Shown piece after piece: positions 25,501 through 37,994 of a DNA stretch of 64,000 nucleotides. The notes beneath the pieces were generated by a model. The model was not told the DNA's origin and did no database searches. It saw nothing but the letters and a program-made list of their open reading frames with translations. The stretch comes from Pelomyxa schiedti (Eukaryota > Protista > Evosea): contig JAHLWZ010000666.1 of the NCBI GenBank assembly GCA_020536535.1, positions 1 to 64,000 on the forward strand, read 5' to 3'. The translations under genes were made by a program, and so were the position numbers. How positions within the stretch are numbered: the first letter of the stretch is position 1; every line of letters starts with the position of its first letter.

Positions 25501-26923
25501 AGAGTGGAGGAACAGATGGGCGGTGGCGGTGGCTGGTGCCTCGAGGTGTCCTCGGGGACACAGGCTCGTCATCGATTCCGTGGCGGTGACCGTGGTGGGG
25601 ATGGTGGTGGTTGGGATCGTGGGTCTTCCCTGATTCATCAGCTGATGACCCTGACGGATTTGAAGGGTCGGAAGGGGCGGGTTGGGGTGGTTCCTCATGA
25701 GAAGGAGAAGAAGGCAGCTTGAGGGGCCGTACTAAATCTTTGCTGGATTGCCTGAGTTTGCTTGCAAGGTCCGGTGTTGTGCTGCTGTGTGGGAAATTCG
25801 GTTCAGGCGATGCAGGGGCGTCGTTGCCTGGCAGGGTCATCTTTCGCTCCAGTGGTTTTGACGCAAAGTCGGAAAGATCCTCTCCTCCGGGGAGTGTCAT
25901 CTTCCTTCCTGGTGGAAGAGGCTCATCACCACCGAGAGTCATTTTTCTTGGAGGCGTATCTTCTCTTTTTCTCTCGGTAGAGGCTAGCATCTTTAGTTTG
26001 TTGACAAACATGTCACCTCCCATCCTTAGCTTCGATTTGGTGGCTCCGTCGTCGTCGGGGCTTCTTTTCAGGTCTTCCAGCGTAGGCGCGTCCGAGCTGG
26101 TCAAGGCATTACCACTCCGTCTTGCCTGCAGCACCGAGTCGTCGCACGCCTCCCTCCTCACACTTATGGGAACCGGCTCTGGCGGAGGCGGCGTGGTTGC
26201 GCTCGGCGGCGGCGCTATGCACGGGCTAGACCCCGAGAGCACCCCCCCGCCGCTCCGCATTGCGGGAAGCAGCGGCAGCGGCGGCGCGTCGTCGGCGCCC
26301 CCCCCAAGCCCCCGGCGGCTGGGGGGCGGCACGCTCGAGTGGCCTCCGCCGTCGTCGGCCCCCTCGGCGTTCCTGGACCTGGGCCTCGGGCCCCCGCCGT
26401 ACTCGGGGATTCGGAACCGCCTGGCGCCGTCGTCTGCGCCGCCGCCGGCACCCGTGGTGTCTGCGGCCTCCACGACGACGCCGCCACTCGAGAGGCTGGA
26501 AGAAGCCAGGCCCGAGGACGAGGACGAAGATATGGCGAGGGAGGAGGACGGGGAGGAAGACAGGGGAGACGACGACGACGAGGAGGAGGATGACGCGGAG
26601 GTGCCGGGTTCCACGGCCGTCGAGTGGTGCCGCGAGTGGCTGGCGGCGCTGCTGCTGCGGCTGGCCGAGGAGGAGGAGGAAGAAGACGAGGAGGTGGACG
26701 TGGACGTGGAGCCGTGCCCCGACCGCGAAGAGTGGTGGCTGGCCCGCGACCGGGGCGTGCACGGGACCTCGTACTCGTCGGCGGGGGCGGGCTGAGCAGC
26801 GCCTGTGGGGAACAGGGGCGGGAGGGACGACGGCGCTGTCGAGGAGGAGGACACGGGCTCGTCGTCCTTGCTGTTGCTGCTGCGGTGCCGGTGGTGTGTG
26901 CTTGTTGTGACCGACAGTGACAT
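22577..26923 (-). CDS. DH-PH RhoGEF with long low-complexity N-terminus and PB1-like C-terminus
   Basis: ELAGTEERYVGDL, AIFSCAETI and LLIKPFQRLCRYTLLIR (DH); RYFLFTDLIIRAK..EELEFWVSQI (PH); TRFCCTFEANTRWVEVPQSVSVEDLFSAVSSKFG (PB1-like). ATG taken at 26923 because the longer ORF starts at a GTG. Confidence 0.87.
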
Positions 26924-27226
26924 CGTTGGAGACGGGGGTGGGGCGACTACGTGAGCACCAGCAGGGGTTTCAATCGGCCCAACCAGGCAATTATGGGTGA
27001 CTGTGGCGGTGGTTGTGGCTCTGTTGTGTCTTGTTGGTTGTGCTTTGGGGTGTTGTTCGTTTTCGGCTGCCCAAAATGTTTCGTTGTTAACTTGATTTGC
27101 TTTAGGAAGCGCGGGTCTTAGGTGAAACTTCGTTGGAAGAAACTCGGGTGACCTTTCGGAGATGTTTTTCACCTATTTTGTTTTTAATATATTTTTGTTC
27201 TCTAAAATACACGAGGGGCCTCCTGG

Positions 27227-29753
27227 TCAGGGCTCATTGGTGTTGCTGGTGCTTGTTGTCTGCGTGTGTTCTGTGTGTGGTTCGTTGGGTTCTTGTTGTA
27301 GTGATGGTTCTGTGGTGTCTTGTGGGATTAGTGTGGTTTCCGGGTTGGAAGGCGGAAGGTGGAGTTGTATTGAGCCTTGGTGAATCAGGGTATTTGGTTT
27401 GTATGCACGCCAGTGTGCGGCAGGAGGCGGTGGCGGTGGTGGAGGAGGGGCCGCGGGCGCGGAGTGCATTTGGGGCTGAGTCCCGGGAGAGGTGGAAGCA
27501 AGTGGGGGTGGGGCATGTGCAATGTGTAGTGGAGCGCCGTAATTGTCGACTTTGAGAGACACGGAGGTGGCGTGATCCATTTTTCCAGGAAAGAGTTTGA
27601 AGTCGTTTGGTTGCCGTTTCTTGGGGTTGCGTTCCATGAAGTTTCTTTGGTGAATATAGTCAGGCTTTAACAATTTCCAGCAACGAGGTAATACCTAATA
27701 TTGCTCGTTGTCGTAAGGGCATGGGCCACAAGGGAGTTACTTGTGAACGATGGGATATCCTCTTTTGAGGCAAGGGTATTTGCCTTCCCACTCAGAAGTT
27801 CTCGAAGTTTGGATTGCCTAAGGACCAATAAAACAGAAGAAAAGGCGTAGTGTAACTACATAAATTGTGCCCTCAATTCAGCAACTAGAGGTGAATTGTG
27901 CTGTGCTGCTTTTTCCCAAGTTAAGTGTGGCTTGAATTCGTTGCTCAGATCACAAGGTGATATGCCAAGAAATTCTGGAGTCAGATTGCAATGAATGCCA
28001 TCACTTTTAAAGTGCTCTGAGTGGTAGATATTGAAACCAAAATCTTGGTTTTTTATTTTTGTGTTTAATTTGTTTTATAACATTTTGTTAATTTTGTTTG
28101 TTTGGGTTTTTTTTACCTCAAGCAAATTATTTCGTCACCTGCCTGGCACCATTGGTAGTACATTCTCAAATTCCGGAGATCTGGATTCGAGCAATCAATG
28201 AAAGGCCCAAGCCTTCCTCCTGGGTCCACACGACCGCCAGAAGTTGGCGTGCTATTTCCATCTCTAGGAGGCACGAGGTGAGAATGGAAGATTGATACGT
28301 GTACTACGTTATGTCAGTAAATTCATTGCTGGTATGGTCCCAATGAATGGCCTTTCAGATGTTAAAATTAACCAAGAAAGAGCTGCTACCTTACAGTCTC
28401 CAACAGAAATTAATATGCACGCATACCCGTTGTCTGGTCGTTCATCGGAAGGTGGTTGGGGATTTGCAGGCACCTCTGGTCTTAATTTTATAAAGCGTGA
28501 CGATGTTTTTTTCAGGGTAGGTAAAGGCTTCAAGGTGTGAGTAATGAGTTATCATCCTAAGTCGAGCTTACAGTGTTGCTAAGAGGGAGAATATACCCTC
28601 CTAATAGGGTTGTGGTGCCGAATGTTGCCACCTTCCTTGTCACAATTCCATTATGCGCCCGCGATACTGCCTCGAAGAGAGCGGAGCTTGCCTCCCGCGT
28701 ATTTGTTATTTTCCTATAATTTCTCCGTGATTTATATATATAAGCTATAGACTCAAACCCCAAACTATCGCTGAGTGATTGTACAAAGCAGTTGGATGCT
28801 GATTTTGCAGCTTCGTAGCTGTCCTTACCCCAGTTGCATCCATCGGAAATACCTGCGAAATTTAGAAATTTAAAATAAACGAAGTAAGGTAACAAAATAT
28901 GGCCCGGCCCTCAAAGAGCTTGATAGTATAAAAATCACATATGGGGTCTCCTACCTGCAACATAATCAAAAAAAAGTGTGTTTGAGTCCATGAAAATACC
29001 CGCCCAGTTGGAGTCATGGGAAACGTGGAAACACTGATAGCACAGGCAACAGTACCAAAGGATTGCATTCCAGGGTGCTCCAATGTAGGACCTTGCAACG
29101 TGCATAAATGAGAAGCACTTGGACCTGGAACAATTATAGATTTCTACGCCTTTGTGAAAAGAACAGTACAAGTCAACTACAACTTACATAAGGAACGTCT
29201 CTGCAGAGGAAAGATAGGGCAGGGGTAACATCACCAACCTCTTGTGTGCGTTTCAGAGAATTCGTTCCATTTTGAATGATACTTGATTTCTAATTAGATG
29301 TGGATGACTCTGGAAGGGTATTTCGCGGCACAAAATGACAAATCAAGTCCATCAACAACACAAACCTACCGCCTGAACCTCCAACTGAAGGAGTTGCAGC
29401 TTTGCCGTGTACGCATTCACCAAGCTTTGTGCAACAGAAAGGTCATTTTTGGCCGAAGTTAGCACCGACTGCACGGCGCTGCTCACAAAGTCCTCCACAC
29501 ATACGGGGGAAGGAGGATCCACGCAAACCGTGTCCCCCGCGTCATCCAGCAGTATGCCGGGAGACTGACCAAGATCTGGCGACGCGGAAGCCACAGACAG
29601 CGGAGAAGAACTCGGACTGCCGGTAGACACAGATGCAGATGCAGACGCGGACGTAGGCGTAGACGCAGATGTTGCGGTTGTAGCGGTTGTCGTGGTTGTC
29701 GTCGCACTTTGTTCAATGACATACACGCACGTGGTCGGTGTCTCGGACAACAT
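27227..29753 (-). CDS. PP2C-like domain protein (CG9801-like family)
   Basis: GISDGCNWG, GTTTLLGG, ISVGDCK, DPGGRLGPF..PDLRNL, SDGIHCNL, FMERNP..FPGKMDHAT. Confidence 0.75.
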
Positions 29754-29910
29754 TGTGCTGGAAAATTATTTAAGGAAAACAACTGCCTGGTCGACTTTTC
29801 CGCTGCCAACCGGCAGATCGGATCAATCTCTCGGACGTGCCGGGAGGAAAAAAGAAGAATCTTGTTCATTTTTCTTAAAAAAAGAAGTCGCTCGAGCGAC
29901 TTTGCGTTGA
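29754..29910. promoter_or_regulatory. Putative bidirectional promoter
   Basis: 157 bp between divergent ATGs (29753 minus, 29911 plus), with A/T tracts flanked by CpG-rich coding starts. Confidence 0.55.
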
Positions 29911-31081
29911 ATGGCGTGTGGTGATGTGGGTAGCTGGGTGAGATCTCTGGGATCTCTGGTGTTGTGTGAAGGTAGCATTATCGAGAGGATGAAACGGGGA
30001 TCTAGCGCGGTGGCTTCGGGACTTCACCCCGTGTTGGCGAACGCGCTTGTTCCGTATTACCCCGACTCGGCCGAGGCGATGGCGGAGATTTACAGATCGT
30101 GTAGTTTTTTCTCGCCGTCTCTGGTTTATTCCTTACGTTACAAGGTACCTCGCTGTTGGCAAGGAATTCGATCTGCCAATGTTTCTGGCAACTCCAACGT
30201 GGAGGGCATCTATCCCTCGTTTGAAGGACCTCGGGGGTCTTTATGTTCGACCCATTAAGCCACTAATGAATATTCACCTCAGAAACACGTGATGTCAATG
30301 GCGACGCCGTAGCGTACTTGCGTAGGGTACGCGAGTCGGTTGGCTCTCCTTACAAGAACAAAGTCTATATAGGGGGATTGCTTGGATGTGCTGGAGATGC
30401 ATATGCACCACAAGAAGCCCTTTCTACTGAAAACGCAATTCTGTACCATCTCCCTCAGGTAACAACCTCATCTTTTTTTTTTCTTTTTATCTACGAGAAT
30501 AAAAAACCCCAAGGCAGAAGCACTAAAAAAGGCTGGGGTGGATTTCCTTATTGCTGAAACTTTGCCGGCACTGAGTGAAGCAAAGGGAATTGCTGCCGCC
30601 ATGGGACGTTGTGGCCTTCCATACATTGTGAGTTTTGTTGTTCTTCCTTCAGGGACACTCCTTGGTACGCAAAAACCAAAACTTTGACAGTGTGTTCTAA
30701 AACTATCTCCCAGATGGAACGACCCTCGAACAAGCAACCCATGAAATTGACCAGTACACACAGGAAACTACCAAAAGTCAGCCACAGTGCTTCCTTGTCA
30801 ACTGCACACATCCTTCGCACATTGCTCACCTTCTCACGAGAGGTGGAATTCCCTCACGGGTCGTAGGAATTCTTGGGAACGGCTCTCGAAGGTCACCTTT
30901 TGAGCTGGATGGGGCTGCAGAACTTGATTCAGAGAACGCCAGCCTCTGGGCCTCTGAAGCAACAAAACTGGCAAACGCCTTCACCATATTTGGAGGCTGT
31001 TGCGGCACCGACGACTCTCACATCAGGGCCACAGTCCATTCTCTCCTCGGTGGCCAATCAAATTTGAACTCAAATTTTTGA
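29911..31081 (+). CDS. Homocysteine S-methyltransferase family protein
   Basis: VLCEGSIIERM, ATPTWRAS, GLLGCAGDAY, GVDFLIAETLPALSEA, PYIVSFVV, Zn ligands in LVNCTHP and FGGCCGTD; TGA at 31079-31081; several introns. Confidence 0.9.
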
Positions 31082-31337
31082 TGCTGTATTGGCCTTACAA
31101 TTGTATTGGCCACATCGACTTGTTTTCGCTTGTTGCACCTGTTACGATCGATCCATCAATGTCAAATTGTTACCGATGGGGTTTCCTTGTTTGGACTCCA
31201 ACACACGAGTTGCCTGCGACTTTTCTGCGGCCAACACCACCCTTCCTCTGCCCAGTGCAATTTTTTTGTCAAAATTTTTTCATCATCGAAAATAAAACGA
31301 TATATTAATAAGCATCGACAAGCATCGACAATCAAGC

Positions 31338-34300
31338 ATGCATCAATCACTGGACAATGATGACCCACAACCACATCCCCCATCGACTCCAATCCAGGCC
31401 AGTCCTTCAACTGAGTCGCTGCCTTCCTGTGCATTTTCGTCTGCAGTAGAAACCAGTGCACCTGGAGCATCACCGTCACCAACCCCACAGTTATACAAAG
31501 TCCAGACAGAGAGCAGCATATTGAAGGAGTGGTTGGCGGCAGCTACACTCCGACCTCTGTACAACGAGTCAGACCTGGTTGTGGCACCACCTCACTGGAA
31601 AAACAGCTTAAGGAGCTACACACCACTCCCATTCTGGTTCCTCACGGCAGAGTTAAGGAAGATGATGGAAATCATGGAACAAGGAGTTCTAGGACAAGTG
31701 CATGGTATTTTTGGTAAGAATGCCCCCCTTCTTCTTCTTTTTTTTTTTTTTTTTTTTGTTTTTCCCCCATTTCGTTTTGCCTGAGGCTCGAACAGGCTCA
31801 GACTTGCGCATGATACCTCAGTTACTGAAGGCTCTGGACTTAATTTGTATTGAAGACTCGTTTTCGATATTTTTGACAAGTGGTAGCTTGTTGAAAACTC
31901 CCTTTTTTTTGTTTTGTTTTGTTTTGTTTCTGATACTGTATTGCCTTGACCAATTTCTTATGCAGACAGTAGCACGGCGGCGCAGAATATAAAGATAAGG
32001 ATATGCCAGCAACAAGTTGCATCCAACAACCACAAGTTCATAATCCATTTGAAGGATGTCCCAATACCAGTATGGCTTCTTTCTTTTCTTTTCTTTCCCC
32101 TCTTCTAACCCTATGCATATCTTCCCCACAAAGTCAGCTGAAACTATACCAGCCTTCCAGAACGCATTCAAGTTTACTTGTTGAGCCCTAAAACGCTTGC
32201 ATCTCAAATCCATTTAGGCACATCGTCAATCTTGCTCAGGAATGCTTGGTCCTGGTCAGTGGGCCTGAACCACTGGCTTTACTCGACTCCGCCCTTCCTC
32301 CTGGAACTTCCCATTTGGCTGTGGTATGGACACACAAACTTACATCTTTATCACCCACCAATTCAACTTCAGACCTTTTCTCTGGAAACACAGCATGTTG
32401 GTGAAGTGTTGCATTTTCTGATTGACAAAGGATCACAAATTTTTCAAAGTGATGCTTCTCTGTTTGTTAGAGTGTGCATTACTCTCCACTTTGATGAGTA
32501 TTACTTAGAGGTTTTTTCCTTTTGAAGGTGGCGACTACATTGAGAGGGTCACCCTTGGGGCTAATACTGTTTCTTCAGAGGTACGTAATTAATCAAGCTA
32601 TCATTTTTACAGGAAAGGGGAAGAATAGAACCCCAACTAATTGGAATTGTCAGGGTGCAAACTGAGGCCAAAGCACAGCGCCCGATTGCGCTGAGGAAAA
32701 TGATTTATGACGTCTGGGAGCACATGGTCGCTGCACATGAAGAAAACGTTGCAGACCCGTGCCCCTTGAAACAGCTGTATACACTTATAGAAATGTACTC
32801 TGACTGGAGCATAACTGATAATATGATTTTCTGCCCCAAGAGCTCTAATGGTCCGCCTACTTTTTCTTTTGGGGTGTACGAATTAGACTCAGTTCATTAG
32901 GGTACAACAGATTGAAGTCCCTGGGCCACATTTTGAACGTAACTCAAGTCACCTGTGTCTTTCCGACTGAGACAGGAATACTGGTAAAGTACCCATACCC
33001 CTGGACAAGGCTACTTTACGAGGACAACTTTGAGAAAGCCCTGGTGTGCACCCATTTTTTCCTCTTAACTTCCACTGACCATTGCAAAAAAAAACAGGAA
33101 GAGAACCCAGGTCTGGAGAACTTGTCAGAGATAGCCCTCATTCAGGGGGCATTATTCCAGGGGTGCTTGGTTTCTGAGGTCTATAATCCTGAGAGAAAGT
33201 TGTTGGAATGGTTGTGCAATGGTACACCCTATCAGCCTGACAAAGGTTCCTAGAGACCTCGTCTCACACATCACATTAATTTACCAAGAACTAACTGCAT
33301 TCACACATAAAAAGATAGGAACCCGTACATTCGGGGGTGTGCGGCTGATGATGTGAACATCTCTGAACTGGCAACAAGGAAAAGTGTGGTAACTGCCAGG
33401 CACAGAGTGAACAGGGCTCCATTCAGTGACATTGTTGTTCATTTGATTTTGCGTACGGGTTTTCTGTGTTCATGCAATGTACCTCACCAGGTTTTTCTTG
33501 GCAGGTCCAGAGTTCCGCGCGACAACGAAACTCCCATTCTATGGAATATGTAAATACCAGTTTATTTCCCCCCTTCGTTTCTAATGGCAATGGAATATTC
33601 CAAAGTGAGACTTAAGGCAACCTGTAATGGCAACACCACGGAAGTGAAAGATAAGGCCTTTAAGCACTACCAGAAGTCCAAATCTCAAGGCGTTCCTGGT
33701 TTGTGTTTATCATCTTTTACCCCACTTCTAATTGCTGATACCAATTCTTAGGAGTTTCTGGTGCATTGTGTGACCACAACTTTCTAGCACAAGGTTCTGA
33801 AAATCTAAGTGAATATTTAGCACCCCCATCTCCTCCTACAGAAAATGTATGCACTATCTGAGGCTCGTAGTAATTTTGCTTACCTTTGCCTACTATGTAC
33901 CAATGGATGCATTCCCAGACAACTTTCAGTCTCACATGCGTTGCATTGTGTGGGTACCAACTATGGGAAGTGTGCCCCAGTGCTTCACTGGTGAACATCC
34001 CTCCACCCCGCACTGAAAGTGTCTACTGTGTGCTCAGTCATTATATTGCGCTTGATTAACCAATTTCAGACAAGCCACAGACCTGGCCGAGGACCCAAGC
34101 GAACAGAGTCCGAATCGCACCTACACCAAGCAAAAGCGTCGAGAGCCTTGAGAAAGGTAAAAATACAAGGAGTTCGCGCAAGCACTGAAAGCGTCTCTCT
34201 CATCTACGCACCAGGGAACTGGATTGCCTTGCTTCGAAGTGTGGAAAATGAAACCGAGAGGGACGAAATGGCTGCCTTCACCGAGCTGGTAATATCCAAG

Positions 34301-34612
34301 ATGGGAATTGCACTGCAGTGTGTGACTTCATTCACGGAGGAAACGGCACGCAGCATCTTCCGACACGCATTGATCGAGGGGTACACGGCAGAGGTAACAC
34401 CTAAAACACAAAAAAAGCAACCAACCATTTTCAAGGTCCAAAGATTGAGTGCTGTGCCCACTGTCACAGCTCTGGAAGACTTCATTCTTGCGAGAATTCC
34501 AAGGAATCCTGAGGGGCTGAGGAACCTCAGGTTAATCAGCACAAAGAACCCTGACCGTGTGCCGGTCGCTCTGCGCGAGCTTGCTTCCCTGTTCCACATC
34601 GACATCTCCTAG
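31338..34612 (+). CDS. Uncharacterised multi-exon protein, paralog A, with a degenerate AAA+-like module
   Basis: Collinear peptide blocks shared with 37995-41528, e.g. ILKEWL..TLRPLY..TPLPFWF, YDVW, GILVKYPYPWTR, TPYQPD, PFSDI..LILRPEFR, LCGYQLWEVCPSA, ETARSIF. Confidence 0.65.
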
Positions 34613-34876
34613 ACACCACCTGAGCGTGAGGATTCAGGTGAATCGAATCCGTGTTTGTTGTTGTAAAATGATGCCTCAGAGTAGTAATTCCGTGATAACA
34701 GATTAGCGTTAGAACCACCAAGTCATTCTAACCTCACTCGGAGTGAGGCAATCCCCAGGAACCACAAGCGGACTCGTAAGCCAAGACACCACCAGAGTGC
34801 TGGACCGCCAGCTCAGACCACAACCACTACGTCACCGCCGGTCGAGCACTTGTGTCTGTGATTGGCCGTTCTGGGC

Positions 34877-35259
34877 CCTTTGCCGGAACGAGGGCTGTCG
34901 CAATTCCGGCATTGGCAGCGTTGGCCGCAAACGACACTACGTACGTTGGTGGACACATCCCTCCACGTCACGACTCACAGTTTGGCGTTCGTTCCGCTGG
35001 TCTCGGCAAAGAAGGGAAACAAAAGGGGGTTTTTTCGCCGATGGGGGGGTCATCAGGGGACCCTTGGAATCTGAGAGTCTGGGTAACTCTCAGTGTAGTT
35101 TGGCTCGGGCCACAATCCTCAAGACATCCTGCAAATCTGCAGGGTCTGCTTGCCCCGGCGCTGATGGGTGGGCATTGATTACAAATCATCAGAAACAACA
35201 AGAAACCGATTAGAACGTACATTTTGGACGCTTTTTACTTTACCCTCCGCCTAAAAGGA
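34877..35259 (+). repeat. Left copy of a long inverted repeat
   Basis: 34877-34998 reads as the exact reverse complement of 37777-37898 (122 bp). Further matching blocks at ~35079-35147 and ~35182-35259. Confidence 0.92.
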
Positions 35260-36650
35260 ACTAACTTGTACTGTAACCACCGGTGCCATGGGCCGCGCAG
35301 CTCCACACACTCCCTGCGGGTTGACAACTGTGCCCCCCAGGCAGGCATGCAGCAGGTTCTGTGGGTGTGAGGTGAAAAGTCCGCCACCTAAAAAAAATGT
35401 ATGTGAGATGCGGAAAAAGAGAAAAGAGGCCACATACCAGTATCACAATACAGAAATGCTCTGTGGTGTGCAATGCTGGGAGCCTGGATACCAACGCAAC
35501 CTATCATGGTTGAGTGGGGTTATGATACAAAGGGAGGGGGATTTACCTTGGTGACAGGCTGTCATCTCAGCAGCTGGCAGGCTCTCCTGTGCTTGCCACC
35601 TCGTCCAGAGGAGGTGACCTAAGGGTAGATGAGATGAGGAGAACTGTGGGTTAAAGGACAACTTGCCTATATTAGCAGCCAACTACAACAGGTAACATAT
35701 ATCGTGCCGTCATCTGCTGTTCCAAACTTGGTCATTCCGGGTGTCTGCCAGCATGTTAGTGGGACCAGGGAAGGCTATGGTGGGTACAAACCGAATTCCA
35801 AGTCAGTAAGGAACAGTTTCCAAAGGTGTCCGCTTAAGTCTACGGAAAACGTGAGAGGAAGAAAGAGGAAAGACAAGGGGACAGGGGACCTACCCAACTT
35901 CCCAGTCAGACAGCAGGTGGAGTGAGTGTAAGTTGGGAACGCGGCAGAGTGGAGTGTAGGAGCCCAGTGAGCGGAGTGTAGGTGTGCAAGTGCAAGGGGT
36001 ATTAGTGCCAAGGGGAAGAGGGTGAAGGCGGGTAAAGCCTGCCATGCACTATGTTTGTCAGTGGCATCCATTGTCCTGTTGTTGTTGAGTGGTTATAAGA
36101 CAAGGGAGAGGGAATGTACCTTGGTGATAGATTGTCGGCAGGTCCGCCACCTGAATAATATATGTGAGCTGCAGGGGAAAGAAAAAAAGAAGCCACCTAC
36201 CAGCATCACTGTTCAAAGTGCCGGGAATGTAGAAAAGGGCTGTGGTGTACAACACTGGGTCTGGGTACCTACGTATCATGGTTGGGTGATAATACAAAGG
36301 GAGAGGGGGATTTACCGTGGACAGGCTGTCATCTCAGCAGCCGACAAGTTGCAACACAACCTGCTTATAAAGTGTGAACTCGAAAAAGAAAAACAGAGAA
36401 GATACCTGCAGCTCTGGCTTGGTTCGTTGACTGAGTGCCGCAGGGAATCGGCCCTATGTTGCCGTGAGGAAATGGAACACAGCAGTAAGTTTAAACAAGA
36501 CTAAAGAAAAACGAGACGAGACGAAACGGAACGGAGCGGAGTGAAACGAAACGGAACGGAGCGATACGAAACGAAACGAAACTCGAATAATATAGAAAAA
36601 AAAAAGAAAGGAATAAATTGATACGATTACCCCTCCCCCATCCTCGCTAG
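35260..36650 (-). pseudogene. Degenerate gene or gene fragments built of repeated exon-intron modules
   Basis: Imperfect ~130-bp direct repeat at ~35440-35580 and ~36210-36340 containing ctgctgagatgacagcc (L[PS]AAEMTA) plus look-alike introns; reading frames are inconsistent between copies. Confidence 0.4.
36511..36580. repeat. Degenerate pentanucleotide array (ACGRR)n, about 14 units
   Basis: acgag acgag acgaa acgga acgga gcgga gtgaa acgaa acgga acgga gcgat acgaa acgaa acgaa. Confidence 0.85.
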
Positions 36651-36966
36651 TAAGGCGAAAAACCAAACGAAGAGTTTTTATAAAAAGAAGACGATGACAA
36701 CCTGCTGTCTACGTGAGTGTTGCTGTGTGTCTTCCTCGTGTTGGTTTGTTTTATTGTTCGTGCAACTGATTGTTTTCCCCGGGGAAGTGACGTTTCGTGC
36801 CAGCATACAGAGCACTGGCACAGCTGCAGTAACATTCTATGCATGCCAGGCATTGTCCTGGGAGCTGTAATTAACTTCGAGCAACACCGGCCCGTGCGCA
36901 CCCGTCGTCAAAAGGTCGCCGGGTAGAAAAGAGAAGTCTTCTTCTCCCCCTTCGATCGATGACGCC

Positions 36967-37224
36967 ATGCTAAAAAAATCGGCGCTGCACAAGAACGTTC
37001 GAGACAACCGCGAGAAAAGCGATGCCAAGGACTTCGACGAACGCATTTGGTCCAAAGCAAAGCAATTCGCGGCTGAGATTCCGCGGACAAATACGATTGG
37101 TATTGCCGACGCCGTGGCGATCCTTATTCCAAAGACTGACGAGTGGAATAATATGGTGGTGAAAGCTGCACAAGAGGCACTTGAGAACGCGAGATATCCT
37201 TTTAGGCGGAGGGTAAAGTATTAG
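36967..37224 (+). CDS. Intronless 85-aa hypothetical protein
   Basis: gccATG start in CpG-rich context; protein-like charged, helical composition (MLKKSALHKN..ENARYPFRRRVKY); no family recognised. Confidence 0.5.
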   Translation: MLKKSALHKNVRDNREKSDAKDFDERIWSKAKQFAAEIPRTNTIGIADAVAILIPKTDEWNNMVVKAAQEALENARYPFRRRVKY

Positions 37225-37898
37225 TGAGTTTCCCGTAAAAAGCGTACAAAATGTACGTTCTAATCGGTTTCTAATTGTTTCTGATGATTTCTAAACACTG
37301 CCCACCCCCCCAGACTCGCCTTGTTCTTGCCGAAACAACCGGCAGTGTTGTCCTCACCTCTATGGTTCTGGACGGTAGGTCGGGAACGTTCACCTTGGTT
37401 GGGAGCCTGATCTGTTAGCTGAACCACGGGTATTTTTTTTCCTCTTTGAGGAGTGGGCTCGGGCTGAGCACTGAACTGCACAACCTGACGTGGCCTGTTA
37501 TGACCGCAGACACATGTAGAGTCGTTAGCCCTCAAAACCGGCGGCACCGGATTTGCGACAGTCGAAGAGGGAAAAAAAAAACCCTGCTTTCCGCCCCCAC
37601 CCATCAGCCCGGGGCAAGCTGTACTCAGGAAGACCCTGCAGATTTGCAGGATGTCTTGAGGATTGTGGCCCGAGCCAAACTACACTGAGAGTTACCCAGC
37701 CTCCCAGATTCCAAGCGCCGCCTGATGACCCCCATCGGCGAAAAAACCCCTTTTTTTTCTTCTTTGCCCGAGACCAAGCGGAACGAACGCCAAACTGTGA
37801 GTCGTGACGTGGAGGGATGTGTCCACCAACGTACGTAGTGTCGTTTGCGGCCAACGCTGCCAATGCCGGAATTGCGACAGCCCTCGTTCCGGCAAAGG
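37197..37898 (-). repeat. Right copy of the long inverted repeat, with ~300 bp extra internal sequence
   Basis: Reverse complement of 34877-35259. The extra ~37305-37600 segment is itself partly a diverged duplicate (ctgtcgcaa.tccgg, aacgac.ctac, ccacgtca). Confidence 0.9.
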
Positions 37899-37994
37899 AG
37901 GAAAAATAAGGCATTCCTTTCGCCAATCCTGTGAATCTAATAGGACTGAGGTGGCCTGAGTCCTCTTAGATTCGCAGAACGTACAGCGTGTACG

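Noticed and set aside
18246-31081. Prokaryotic contamination as the source of the MEDS-cyclase, flavodoxin-like and methyltransferase genes
   Set aside because: All carry spliceosomal-type introns and sit between clearly eukaryotic genes on the same contig.
35090-35110. AGTGTAGT resembling the U2 snRNA branch-point pairing sequence
   Set aside because: Only about 8 nt match; flanking U2 stem-loops and Sm site are not recognisable.
36511-36580. Repeat array as CRISPR
   Set aside because: 5-bp tandem units with no spacers, no cas genes, eukaryotic context.
34620-37990. Transposase, integrase or tyrosine recombinase between the inverted repeats
   Set aside because: No DDE, R-H-R-Y or reverse transcriptase motifs seen in any frame, so an autonomous TIR transposon is not supported.
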